Shown here piece by piece: positions 39,050-48,627 of a stretch of 64,000 nucleotides of DNA. The position numbers were made by a program, and so were the translations under genes. Source of the DNA: Candidatus Sumerlaeaceae bacterium. GTDB lineage: Bacteria; Sumerlaeota; Sumerlaeia; Sumerlaeales; Sumerlaeaceae. Within the stretch, counting starts at the first letter, position 1. Each line of letters starts with the position of its first letter. The stretch covers positions 96,001 to 160,000 of the forward strand of contig JBPCLP010000011.1 in assembly GCA_051003195.1 (NCBI GenBank). Reading direction: 5' to 3'. A model generated the notes under the pieces. It saw only the letters and a list, made by a program, of their open reading frames with translations. It was not told the DNA's origin and ran no database searches.

Positions 39050-40318
39050 TTACAGCTTTATCACCCGCGCCTTACTCCCCTCCGCCCCCTTCACCGCGTT
39101 ACGCGTATCGACGACAACCCGCGCGTTTTGCGTGACCTGGTTAACATCCAATACCTTGTGGTTGGTGACGATCACAACGCAGTCGGCCTGTTGCAGGATA
39201 GCGTCGGTCAGGTCTACGGACCGCAGCTGGAATTCGCCTTCGTCGAGTTCCGGCACAAACGGATCGGAGTAGCTGACCTCCGCGCCCATGCCGTGCAGCA
39301 GCGCGATAATGTCCAGCGCGGGGCTCTCGCGTACATCCTTTACGTCAGGTTTATAGGCCACACCCAGCACCAGGATCCGGCTGCCGTTCACAGGTTTACG
39401 GTCCTCATTCAGCGCTCGCACCACCTTCTCGACCACGAACTCCGGCATCGAAGCGTTGACCTCGCTCGCGAGTTCGATAAACCGCGCCGTGTAGTTCAAC
39501 GTGCGCAGTTTCCATGCGAGATAGTGGGGATCGATGGGAATGCAGTGTCCACCAAGTCCTGGTCCGGGATAAAACTTCATGAAACCGAACGGTTTCGTCG
39601 CCGCCGCATCTATCACTTCCCACACATCCAGGTTCAGTTTGTCGCACATCAACGCGACTTCATTGACCAGCCCGATGTTCACGCTGCGGAACGTGTTTTC
39701 CAGCAGCTTCACCATTTCCGCGCATCGCGCCGAAGACACCGGCACCACGTGGTCGAAAATCTTACCGTAGTATTCCGCCGCGCGTTGGCTGCACTCCGCC
39801 GTCACCCCGCCGATAATCTTTGGAGTGTTCTTCGTGGTAAACTTCGTGTTGCCCGGATCGACACGCTCCGGAGAAAACGCCAGGAAGAAGTCCGTGCCTG
39901 CCTTCAGTCCCTGTTTTTCAAACTCGGGAAGCAGAAGTTCGTTGGTGGTGCCGGGATAGGTTGTGCTCTCGAGGATAATAATCTGGCCCTTGCGAATACG
40001 AGGCGCAATCTGCTCGACTGTGTTTACGATATAACTAATGTCCGGGTCCTTGGTTTTGCGCAACGGTGTGGGCACGCAAATGCTCAAGGCGTCCAGTTCG
40101 CTCACAACATTCCAGTCCAGTGTGGCGCGCACGCGGCCCGAAGCGCTCAGCTCTTTCAGCTCGCCCGCGTTTACATCGTCGATGTAGCTCTTGCCGGCAT
40201 TGATCGAGTCCACCTTCTTCGCATCCACGTCAATACCCACGCCCTCAAAGCCACTCTTCGCCACTTCCACCAGCAGGGGCAACCCCACGTAGCCCAGTCC
40301 CACTACACCAACCTTCAT
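39050..40318 (-). CDS. Nucleotide-sugar dehydrogenase (UDP-GlcNAc/ManNAc dehydrogenase, WbpA/WecC family)
   Basis: VGLGYVGLP, CVPTPL, ESTTYPGTT, FSPERVDPGN, KLLENTFRSVNI, GGHCIPIDP, AYK.DV.D.RESP. Confidence 0.93.
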   Translation of the reverse strand: MKVGVVGLGYVGLPLLVEVAKSGFEGVGIDVDAKKVDSINAGKSYIDDVNAGELKELSASGRVRATLDWNVVSELDALSICVPTPLRKTKDPDISYIVNTVEQIAPRIRKGQIIILESTTYPGTTNELLLPEFEKQGLKAGTDFFLAFSPERVDPGNTKFTTKNTPKIIGGVTAECSQRAAEYYGKIFDHVVPVSSARCAEMVKLLENTFRSVNIGLVNEVALMCDKLNLDVWEVIDAAATKPFGFMKFYPGPGLGGHCIPIDPHYLAWKLRTLNYTARFIELASEVNASMPEFVVEKVVRALNEDRKPVNGSRILVLGVAYKPDVKDVRESPALDIIALLHGMGAEVSYSDPFVPELDEGEFQLRSVDLTDAILQQADCVVIVTNHKVLDVNQVTQNARVVVDTRNAVKGAEGSKARVIKL

Positions 40319-40489
40319 TCGGTCCTCATCTGTTGCAGTTTTGCGCGTGCAAGGCGACTTAGCCACGTGGTCAAATGCAAGCGTGTATAATTAACCTGAT
40401 GATTCTGCCAGTGGAGACACTTCCTGAGCCGCTGGTCTTTGAAACCACTAAAAGTGTCAATCTGACGTGGGCCGGGCATTCTGGACAAG

Positions 40490-40605
40490 CCACCATCGCG
40501 CCCGGTCGCACCACGCGTCTGATCTTTCCACCATCGCGCCAGGTCGCACCACGCGTCTGATCCATCCACCATCGCGCCAGGTCGAACTACGCGCCTGATC
40601 CATCC
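40490..40605. repeat. Three tandem 38-bp repeats
   Basis: CCACCATCGCGCC(A/C)GGTCGCACCACGCGTCTGATC(CA/TT)T starting at 40490, 40528, 40566 (third copy slightly diverged). Confidence 0.9.
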
Positions 40606-40936
40606 CGCCCCGGCCAAATGACCACGCACGCGAACAAAAAACGTACGCCGCCCTGGTATAGTGTCCCATTAATTCGTCCACTGGTTTTGTGTGCCGTCCG
40701 AGCTCGAAAGCTTCCTGAAGAATAGCTATGAACTTCTGGGACGGCTCACTAGGAGTGCGTCACCGCGTGCCGCACCATACAACCCGGGCATTTCCTTTTA
40801 CGCATCGCCTGCGAATTTGCCAGGCTTCGGACCCATTCCGCAGCTGCCCAAGGAGCTGCCCCCAGAACTTCAAATGCGCACGAATAACGAGGAATGATGT
40901 GAGGATCCGAGTGCGCGGGCGGTGGCGGTTAGAGGC

Positions 40937-41066
40937 TTTTCAAGTTTTCAAGTTTTTCAAGTTTTTTTCAAGTTTGCGGTGTAGAAGATTGAATGGCTTG
41001 CAGATAAATCAAGTTGGCGAAAACGGGGTAATTTCGCCACTTGAAAAACGGTAATCCTCGCGTAAG
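40937..41066. repeat. Left island-flank motif: four TTCAAG iterations, a hairpin, and an inverted copy of the 48.6-49.1 kb repeat core
   Basis: GGTAATTTCGCCACTTGAA (41027-41045) is the exact reverse complement of 48651-48669 and 48891-48909. Confidence 0.8.
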
Positions 41067-41468
41067 AATTCGCCGCGGCCGTGGATTTCCGGCTTCCTTG
41101 CGCCCATCCCGCGTGGCATTTTTGCGACTTTGCGCCTGGCGGAAAAAGCCGCCCATGGCAGCTAATTCGTGAGATTCGTGGATAAAAATAAGGTCGCAGA
41201 AGTCCCTCTGCCGTCGGTCACGGCGTTCGGGCTGCATAGTTTTCAAAGAACGTGTTCAGCTTACTACGGGGGCAGGTATACACCAGTTGTGGAGGGCGTG
41301 TCACTTCCCTGGCGTACCCTAAAGGTGGACTAAGTCCAATAAAGTCGACAAAGATTTTGGGGCGAACACCGCAGAACTTTCGAGATCGGGAGCTGTCCCC
41401 CGATCCCCTGCGTCCCCAGCCCGGTAGATGGGTGGGTTGGGTCAACGATTGCACTTGTCGGTTGGGTG

Positions 41469-41705
41469 CTACTGCAACGCACGCCCAAAGAAGAGTTGGT
41501 GGATTTGCTGCGCCTCGGGTAGGGCACTAAAGCACTGCTTGTGGCATCCGCGGTCCGCAAAGCGAAATACCAGGTCACATTGATCCACAAACCAATCGCT
41601 TCCTCTGGTCAGAGGTGCATCGGGAAAACCCATGATGTCGTCGCCTTCCTGCAAAATGCCGCCACATACGGCGCATTTGCTGTGTCCAAGTGCGATCAAT
41701 GCCAT
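41469..41705 (-). CDS. Small Cys/His-containing hypothetical protein (possible Zn finger)
   Basis: CAVC ... HKQC; GGAG RBS; 27 nt downstream of the co-oriented Mrr gene. Confidence 0.55.
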   Translation of the reverse strand: MALIALGHSKCAVCGGILQEGDDIMGFPDAPLTRGSDWFVDQCDLVFRFADRGCHKQCFSALPEAQQIHQLFFGRALQ

Positions 41706-41732
41706 GTCATTCCAGCTCCTGAAGCCCGGCCG

Positions 41733-42620
41733 TCAGCATTTGTTGCGCCGGTTGTCCCGCACGTTCACTTTCGTCTGGCACTTGTGCGGCTGCCAATAGC
41801 CGGAACATCCCAGAAATGGCCCGTGCTGGCTCTCCTGCAGTCCCATTTCCTCGCCGCAGTCCGCGCACACGAGCGTCGCCTTATGTGAAACTTCCAGTCG
41901 ACCCGGAACCTGCTTAGGCTTGGCCAGCTCCTGCACCATCTCGTCCGTGTTGGTTCGCTGTACCCACTCCCAAAGCTGATGGAACTGAATCAGGTCAATC
42001 GGCTGGTCGAATGCCTCCTTCTCCGCGGCGTCGGAAAAGTAGCTCGTCGTTACAAACATGCCACGATCAGCTTTCTCGCGGGTTACGCAGCCGAGAAGCG
42101 CCCTGATCTCGTGCGGCGCAATGGCATCTCCAATCCATCGTTTGCACTGCACCAGCACATGCTGGCCGTCTTTAGTCCAGGCCTCCACGTCAACGCCACC
42201 ATCACCCTCCGGTGTGTCGTCCTCCCATAATCCCCGGTGCTTAACGCGCTGCGCGCCGTCGCGTTTGAAAAGCTCGCATACCAGATGTTCAAGGTGCTTC
42301 GGGGTCAGGCGATGCAGAGCTTCAGGGCCATCCATATATCGAAGGATTGCGCGCCGCTGTACGTTGATAATCATCACCATCAAGGCTACGCAAATTCCAG
42401 CGGTCAGCGCAGCGCTAACCAAACTTGGCATCAGCGACACAATCCAGCCGCCGCCCGGGAGCAGGCGCGAAACAAACTGCTGCACGCCCAGTGCGAGAAT
42501 GAAAATAACGCCGAACACGGCTGCCTTGAACCGTAAGGGTGCGTACTCAAGCCAATCGAAAGCTCGTTCTACCCAATCTTTCGCTGCAGGTTGCTGTGAC
42601 GCTGATTCGTTTGGCAGCAT
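41733..42620 (-). CDS. Membrane-anchored Mrr-family restriction endonuclease with C-terminal topoisomerase-type C4 Zn ribbon
   Basis: Two N-terminal TM helices; LE.LV..LF, DGGVD, VQCK.W, G.FVTTS.FS..A; CADC...GPFLGCSGY...C. Confidence 0.85.
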   Translation of the reverse strand: MLPNESASQQPAAKDWVERAFDWLEYAPLRFKAAVFGVIFILALGVQQFVSRLLPGGGWIVSLMPSLVSAALTAGICVALMVMIINVQRRAILRYMDGPEALHRLTPKHLEHLVCELFKRDGAQRVKHRGLWEDDTPEGDGGVDVEAWTKDGQHVLVQCKRWIGDAIAPHEIRALLGCVTREKADRGMFVTTSYFSDAAEKEAFDQPIDLIQFHQLWEWVQRTNTDEMVQELAKPKQVPGRLEVSHKATLVCADCGEEMGLQESQHGPFLGCSGYWQPHKCQTKVNVRDNRRNKC

Positions 42621-42712
42621 GCGAAATGACTAAGCTTTCCGTGTGGAGAACGCAAACTGAATTGAGAAGTTGCTATTCAGGCAACGGTGACCGCTTCGAC
42701 TACGACGACAAC

Positions 42713-43168
42713 CTAGGATGACAGCCCAACTAGCTTACGCACATCCGGGCACGGACCTTCGATGTTTTGGATTCCCGGGCCCGAAGGTACGCCAAAAACA
42801 AGACATGGCACCAACTTCAGCTTTCCAAAACAAGCCGCCTTGTATGTTGGGTAATCGTCCGACATGATAAACTGCTCACCCTGCTGATAAACCCACATAG
42901 GGGGCAGTTCGCTCTCTGCAGATTGCTGCAAAAGGCTGGGAATTACGGTCGCGTCCCACGGCTGCGGACGCACTGCATAAGCGGGGTCTTTCGGGTAAAT
43001 GCTGGCCAGCGGAATTTGCGCGTAGTAGACGCCAACCTGCCCGGCTACGGCCTGGTCCAGCAGTTCGGAAAACCGCGGGTCCAGCGGCGGCGGGTCTTCC
43101 GGGAGTTTGAGGTCTTTTGTTGGAACGCGTACGATCGGCGGCTTCGGATGCTTTCGGAACAAACCCAT
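42713..43168 (-). CDS. Hypothetical protein, ParB/sulfiredoxin-like fold with atypical motif
   Basis: IPLASI.P ... PPMWVYQQGEQFIMSDDYPTYKAA...KLVPCLV resembles the ParBc core, with DDY where DGHxR is usual. Confidence 0.5.
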   Translation of the reverse strand: MGLFRKHPKPPIVRVPTKDLKLPEDPPPLDPRFSELLDQAVAGQVGVYYAQIPLASIYPKDPAYAVRPQPWDATVIPSLLQQSAESELPPMWVYQQGEQFIMSDDYPTYKAACFGKLKLVPCLVFGVPSGPGIQNIEGPCPDVRKLVGLSS

Positions 43169-43178
43169 ACCTTTCTCT

Positions 43179-43991
43179 TTAGTTTCGTTGTGCTAGTTTT
43201 TTGAAGTTTTCAAACGTACAGCAAGAAAGCCATGGGCACAACCTGCTTGAGCGATTCCGTAAGCCTCTATCGTTTGTTACAAAAAGGTCCGCGGCATTCG
43301 CATTAAATAAGTGTTTCAGATCGTGCGTATCCCGGACTAAGTTGAAATTATGGTTGGCAAGCACTCGGAAATTTAGAAACAGCTGTACGTTAATATAACA
43401 GTTTATAAACGGTAGATTACTAGGGTCACGGAAAAGCGTAGAGTCAGAATACATCAATACAGCAGCTCCCCAAGATGACTTCTCGATTATTCGGCGGCGG
43501 GCACGGGGATTCTGTAAAAACTCAGCTTCAGTTTCATCCGCCCCAATAGCGTTAGCGGCTCGTACTTCGTCAATGAACAACGGAGTACCATATTTGATGT
43601 CACTCTCGAACGCTTCTACTGCACAAACACCCTCATCGGAAAAGCCCATCGCAAGACGGGCGATTTCGCGTTTGAAACACATCCGCTTCAAGTAACCGTA
43701 TGTTCGGGGGCTTCGAATCTGCCAACGAAGGTACTCTACGTCATTGCGAATGAGTTCGTCAGGAACTCGTAGAAATCCGCCAATGTCAATCTCACTCAAT
43801 AGCGTGAAAACACGCTGGACTGCAGTCTGGCTGGATTGGCGCGCAGAGTAAAAACCCCTTATAAACTCATGTAATGTTTGTGTGCTTACCAACGGCTCCG
43901 CGTCGAAATGATTGAGCAATTCTTGGAATTCACCGGATTCGAATTCGCGTGAAGCCTGCAGCCACGCATTCTGGTCGAGATAGACACGCAT
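43179..43991 (-). CDS. PIN-like domain protein (putative RNase)
   Basis: RVYLDQNAW, S...L.E, D..H......DLFVTNDR.L acidic PIN motifs; AT-richer DNA. Confidence 0.7.
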   Translation of the reverse strand: MRVYLDQNAWLQASREFESGEFQELLNHFDAEPLVSTQTLHEFIRGFYSARQSSQTAVQRVFTLLSEIDIGGFLRVPDELIRNDVEYLRWQIRSPRTYGYLKRMCFKREIARLAMGFSDEGVCAVEAFESDIKYGTPLFIDEVRAANAIGADETEAEFLQNPRARRRIIEKSSWGAAVLMYSDSTLFRDPSNLPFINCYINVQLFLNFRVLANHNFNLVRDTHDLKHLFNANAADLFVTNDRGLRNRSSRLCPWLSCCTFENFKKLAQRN

Positions 43992-44173
43992 CGAAAGCTA
44001 TTCTATCACTTGCTTCGAGTTATTGAAGCAGCGGCAGGAATTCAAATTACTAAGCTGCGCGTAAATCCGACGTCCGACTAATTGGTCCAATTACAGCTCC
44101 CAGTTTCACTTAGTATCTGATGATAGTAGAACGTTTGGTCTATAAAACTCAAGTGAATTCGAATTATATGTGC

Positions 44174-45433
44174 CTACTCCCTAAAAGCAACTTGATGACC
44201 AGCCCCCTGCACCGGCGGGGGGAACTTGGGTTCGAGATTTTTCACACCAGCAAGCGCCAAAAGCATGTAGCCGTAGAACCGACAGAGAAAGCGCTGATCG
44301 GTCAGGCTTCTGTTCAGAAGCGCGTCGGAATAGCCAGCTTCTGTTTCCCGTGCCCAATCTGGGTGGGCCATGTTGTTGCGCAGGCGATGAAATGATTTAG
44401 AGGCTATGAGGGCAATCGGCTCCCACTGTGGGTTGAGATACGTTGCTGTAAACGCTTCCAGTGAATGTTCCAACTGCCAACGGCGACGTCGCGGGAGCCT
44501 TCCAGCCGTCGTGAGGGTCCGTAAGATCCCTTCTAGCGTTGCGCTGACAAGGAGCTCCTGGCCGGCAAGTTCCTGTTCCAATGCGCTAGCAACGCGTGAA
44601 ATGCATCGATTTGCTACTATCCATAGCACCTCGTCTTCCAAGAATCGCCTGACGAGATTTACAACTCCGTGTTTGTTGACGCCGCCGTACGGCTTCTCAA
44701 AAAACAAAAGGTAGTCATGGAGGGACTTAATCGGTCGATGCTTGAAATACTGCGAAATCCTGCGCTGACCTCGCAGCGTACTTCGCTCCAGCATCCCCAC
44801 AGTTTGCCCGTGTAGCAGTTTCAGCACAAGCTGCAGCCTATGAGCAAAGTGCCAGGATGCGGCGCGCGTGAAACTCGCTTTATTTAGCTTCCAGTGAACC
44901 TGAATCGAGTGATCGCCACGCTCATCCACCTGGATCCAGGTTCCATCTTCGCCTTCGTAGAAGCGCGTTTTTGGGATATCACGTTTTTCTCGTCTCGCAT
45001 AAAATTCCGCCTTATGGTCATTAGCATCGAACAAGCCGAAATGATCCGTGCCTTGATACACTGCATCACCAAACCAATACTCGTTTGAACTGCTTACCGG
45101 CTGAGGCTCTTGCACGATTCGCACAGCAGTGCTGCAGGCCGAGTCCAAATATTTAGCATGAATCAAGAGTACAGAACCGAGCTGGCTATACGGTAGCCAA
45201 ACCTTTGATCCATCGGTCATCAGCATGCGAATGCTCGGTCGTTCGTCTCGAGGAATTGCACCGATATGTCTAAACTCGATCCGTTTTACGTCTGGACCGC
45301 TAAGTGGACCTTCTACCCTGAATCCTTTCTTTGGGTTCCACTTTAGTGCGCCCCGCCCTTTGTACTGCTTTCCTTTGAAGCAGAATTGTAACCCGGCAAT
45401 GATGTTCGAACTTTTTGCATCGTGGGAGAACAT
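44174..45433 (-). CDS. C-terminal HEPN-domain protein (ApeA-like architecture), putative defence RNase
   Basis: Beta-rich N-terminus; helical C-terminus with ATLEGIL and RLRNNMAH (RxxxxH). Confidence 0.65.
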   Translation of the reverse strand: MFSHDAKSSNIIAGLQFCFKGKQYKGRGALKWNPKKGFRVEGPLSGPDVKRIEFRHIGAIPRDERPSIRMLMTDGSKVWLPYSQLGSVLLIHAKYLDSACSTAVRIVQEPQPVSSSNEYWFGDAVYQGTDHFGLFDANDHKAEFYARREKRDIPKTRFYEGEDGTWIQVDERGDHSIQVHWKLNKASFTRAASWHFAHRLQLVLKLLHGQTVGMLERSTLRGQRRISQYFKHRPIKSLHDYLLFFEKPYGGVNKHGVVNLVRRFLEDEVLWIVANRCISRVASALEQELAGQELLVSATLEGILRTLTTAGRLPRRRRWQLEHSLEAFTATYLNPQWEPIALIASKSFHRLRNNMAHPDWARETEAGYSDALLNRSLTDQRFLCRFYGYMLLALAGVKNLEPKFPPPVQGAGHQVAFRE

Positions 45434-45468
45434 TGCCCCGCCTATCTAAACATCCATGGAGTGGTTTT

Positions 45469-48297
45469 CTAGACGCCGCTGTGCGTTCGCGGTCTAGAGC
45501 GTGTCCGCGCATCTGGCGTGACAAAGCCGGAGGTGAGCCGTTCATATTCGGCAAAGAGGAACTCGACGCGGGCTCGTTCGGTGGGGAATGGTTGCGGGCG
45601 GTAGGCTAAATCTACGGCACGATCTAGTGTTCTATGTGCCTGCTGTAGCTTGAGAGGCATCGTTAGGGGATCATATAGGTCCGCCAGTGTTGAACCTGGA
45701 AACATTGCGCGTACTTCCAAGACGGCGCGGGCTGCCGACGCTATCCGCGTCATTTGCTGAGTGTTGACATTGTTCGGCCACGCAAACGTATTATACACCA
45801 TGGATCCTGAGTACCGAAAACGTGATTCGAGACGGCCACCAATCTGCCGAATCCATGCCATGTGCATGGCGGAGGTCAGCACGCCAAACAAGTATAAGCT
45901 ATTGCTTGGAACGAGAAAATTAGTATTCGCGGAGATCAATTCGGGCTTCATAATTCCCATTGGTATATACGCGCGCCGCTCTGAAGAAACTTCCGGTATT
46001 AAAATGTAATCTGTTGCTGGTTGCGAGATGTAGAAGAAGCGTCCAGGAGTTGAAGCAGCGCGTCTCGTTGGTTCCGCCGAGCTACGCAAGCGAAACTGGC
46101 GAACTCTTTCTACTCGCTCCATTACATGCGGCAACTTGCTGAGCTTAGCAGGGTCTGCGTTCACCAGCCAGAGACACCACCTCATATTACCGTTAATAAA
46201 TTCCTCTGACCCTGTGAAGGCACGCAAAAACTCCGCTGCTTCAGGTTCGGCGGCAAGCAGCTCTTCCTTTTCCTGACGCGTTAGAATCAGATGTCCGCCG
46301 TCCGACGGCTTATTGCCGCACCGCATTGGCGGCACTGTACAGATCGGAGACTGCCGCTTAGTTACGACTGTATTAGTGGCTTCGGTCAGGTAGGGACTGA
46401 TGTTTTTGACGAAAGTAACCACAGGGTCTTGAACATTAGCTTCGTAGTCGTAGATGAATTTTTGACTTCTCTCGCGCTGACCAAAGCCAATGATGACAAC
46501 ATGGACATGCGCCGCACCTCGTGCTTCGCTTTGCCATCGAAACGTTCTGTGCGCAAACTGTATCGAAATACCGTATTTCTCAAATAAGAACGGCCACAGA
46601 ACCGAGACTTGTTCGCCTTGAGTGATTGAGTTGGTGGAAACAAAGCAGGCGGTGATGTGCGTCCCCTGAATGTACCGGCTTGCGAGTACGTACCAGCATG
46701 CCACGTAATCCAAATCGCTGCTGCCTCGCACCTGATTAAAAATAACTTTTTGCTGTTCGCGCTGCTCTGGTGTTTGGTAATGTTTTCCCACGAACGGCGG
46801 ATTGCCAAGAATATAGCTGCATTGCTCAACCGGAAGCACGCATTTCCAATCGATCTGCAGGGCGTTCGCGTGTACCACCGTGGGTGATTTGCGCAGGGGC
46901 AGACGGACGTAATAGAAGCCGAACGCTTCCGACAGGTTGATGTTCATCTGGTGGTCCATAAGCCACATGGCGACTTCGGCGATGCGTACGGGGAATTCGC
47001 TGATCTCGATTCCGTAAAATGCGTCCACATCCACACGCGCGAGGTGCTGCACGCTCATCAGCTGTTCTTCAACAACGGCACTTTCTTCGCTGTACCGCTT
47101 TCGTCGACCTGTAGTGGCGCGCGATTGCTGGAGCAACGTGAGCTGCTTGAGAACCTCAAGTTCTAGAATTCGCAGCTCGCGGTAGGTGATCACTAGGAAG
47201 TTTCCGCAGCCGCAGGCAGGGTCGAGGAAGTTCAAACCGCCGAGCTTGTCATGGAACTGCTCGAGCTTGCGTCGATCGGTGCGGACTCGTTCGAACTCTA
47301 TATGTAGATCGTCCAGAAAGAGCGAACGGACCACCTTGAGAATGTCGCGCTCTGATGTGTAGTGGCCGCCAAGTTGCCGCCGCTCTCGGGGTTCCATTAC
47401 ACTCTGGAATAGTGAGCCGAATATGGCTGGCGAAATCTGGCTCCAATCAAAGCGGCAGCACTGCAGGAGCGCCATTCGCATTGCTGTGTTGAATTCTGCG
47501 ATGGGCAGTAATTCCGAAAAGAGTCCGCCGTTTACATACGGCAACAATGCGATCAGCTCATCCAGATTGCGCTGGCGATCCTCATTGGGTGTGTTCAGTG
47601 TTTCGAATACACGCTGAAGCAGGGGTCCGGCGTCGCTACCGTCTTCTCTTGTGTGATCCAGCAGCTGCGAAAAAGCATCGCGATCAAAGATGCCGGTATC
47701 GTCGGCGAAGAGGCAGAAGAGCACGCGCACGAGATACCGCTCAAGGTTATGACCGGTGTAGCCATTGTCTTCTAAGGCATCATGGAGCCGGCCCATAAGA
47801 TCGACAGCCTTAAGATTTGCCGGGTCCTGCTCTTCAAAAACGTGCTGCTTATAACCGGGGATGAAGGCAAACGCGTGGATATTTTTATGGAAATCGCGCA
47901 GCGGGAAATCGAAGCTGTCGCCGGTGTCCAGGTCGTGCAATGCGATGCGCGCAAAATCCGAGAGGACGATGTAGCGCGGTACCTCGTCGTGGCGGCCTGC
48001 GCGCGTGAGGTCCTGGATGTAGTCGGTTGCCTGCGATTGAGCTTTTTCAAGGCTGTGGCCGCGGGACTTGTGCTCAGCTAGAAGCGTGCTTTTCCAGAAG
48101 AGGTCGATGAAGCCATACTTGCCGCGGATGTTGCGCACCGGTTCTTCGAAGCTGGCGACAGAGCGTCGACGGATGCCGAAGACGTTAAAGAACTCATCCC
48201 AAAAGGTCTTCGCTTCGGCTTCTTCGCGGCGCTCGTGCTCCCATTCCTTGGAGAACTCGATTGCGCGGTGTCGTATTTCGTTCCAACTGATGGGCAT
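45469..48297 (-). CDS. MmeI-family type IIL restriction-modification enzyme (fused nuclease, m6A methyltransferase and TRD)
   Basis: SWNEIR, TFW..FF.VFG, IDLFW....EHKS, RV.FCLFADDTGIF, SPAIFGS.FQ, HYTSE..I.K, LDPACG.GNFL, GNPPF.G, FAH..F.W, LADLYDP..MP..L..AH..LD.AVD..Y. Confidence 0.93.
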   Translation of the reverse strand: MPISWNEIRHRAIEFSKEWEHERREEAEAKTFWDEFFNVFGIRRRSVASFEEPVRNIRGKYGFIDLFWKSTLLAEHKSRGHSLEKAQSQATDYIQDLTRAGRHDEVPRYIVLSDFARIALHDLDTGDSFDFPLRDFHKNIHAFAFIPGYKQHVFEEQDPANLKAVDLMGRLHDALEDNGYTGHNLERYLVRVLFCLFADDTGIFDRDAFSQLLDHTREDGSDAGPLLQRVFETLNTPNEDRQRNLDELIALLPYVNGGLFSELLPIAEFNTAMRMALLQCCRFDWSQISPAIFGSLFQSVMEPRERRQLGGHYTSERDILKVVRSLFLDDLHIEFERVRTDRRKLEQFHDKLGGLNFLDPACGCGNFLVITYRELRILELEVLKQLTLLQQSRATTGRRKRYSEESAVVEEQLMSVQHLARVDVDAFYGIEISEFPVRIAEVAMWLMDHQMNINLSEAFGFYYVRLPLRKSPTVVHANALQIDWKCVLPVEQCSYILGNPPFVGKHYQTPEQREQQKVIFNQVRGSSDLDYVACWYVLASRYIQGTHITACFVSTNSITQGEQVSVLWPFLFEKYGISIQFAHRTFRWQSEARGAAHVHVVIIGFGQRERSQKFIYDYEANVQDPVVTFVKNISPYLTEATNTVVTKRQSPICTVPPMRCGNKPSDGGHLILTRQEKEELLAAEPEAAEFLRAFTGSEEFINGNMRWCLWLVNADPAKLSKLPHVMERVERVRQFRLRSSAEPTRRAASTPGRFFYISQPATDYILIPEVSSERRAYIPMGIMKPELISANTNFLVPSNSLYLFGVLTSAMHMAWIRQIGGRLESRFRYSGSMVYNTFAWPNNVNTQQMTRIASAARAVLEVRAMFPGSTLADLYDPLTMPLKLQQAHRTLDRAVDLAYRPQPFPTERARVEFLFAEYERLTSGFVTPDARTRSRPRTHSGV

Positions 48298-48436
48298 CGG
48301 CTAAGTGGATGGAAAGGGCAATGGGTTTGCAACCCTGAATAAAGCAAAAGAAGTTACGGGGATGCGGACGTGTCAGATTTAGTGTCAGCTCCCGATCAGT
48401 TTCTTTTCATGGCCGCGGCTGCCCGGCGACTGTAGC

Positions 48437-48474
48437 CGAAACCCCTGCACTTTAACGAAACCCCTGCACTTTAA
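48437..48474. repeat. Perfect 19-bp tandem duplication upstream of the MmeI gene
   Basis: CGAAACCCCTGCACTTTAA x2. Confidence 0.9.
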
Positions 48475-48627
48475 GGTGCTCTAGGGGTCTCGAAGGGTCC
48501 GTGTGGGAATACCATTGTCCAAAAGCCTGTGCTACACAGGTCCTCATGATGATAAAACAAACGCAGTTTCCCGACCCAGCAGACCTTGGTGGCGCAGGCG
48601 TCTCGCCTGCGGTTGACGTGTTCCAGC

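Noticed and set aside
40691..40897. 68-aa ORF at the island's left edge
   Set aside because: GTG start without a clear RBS and no recognisable motif; it may be a remnant but cannot be supported.
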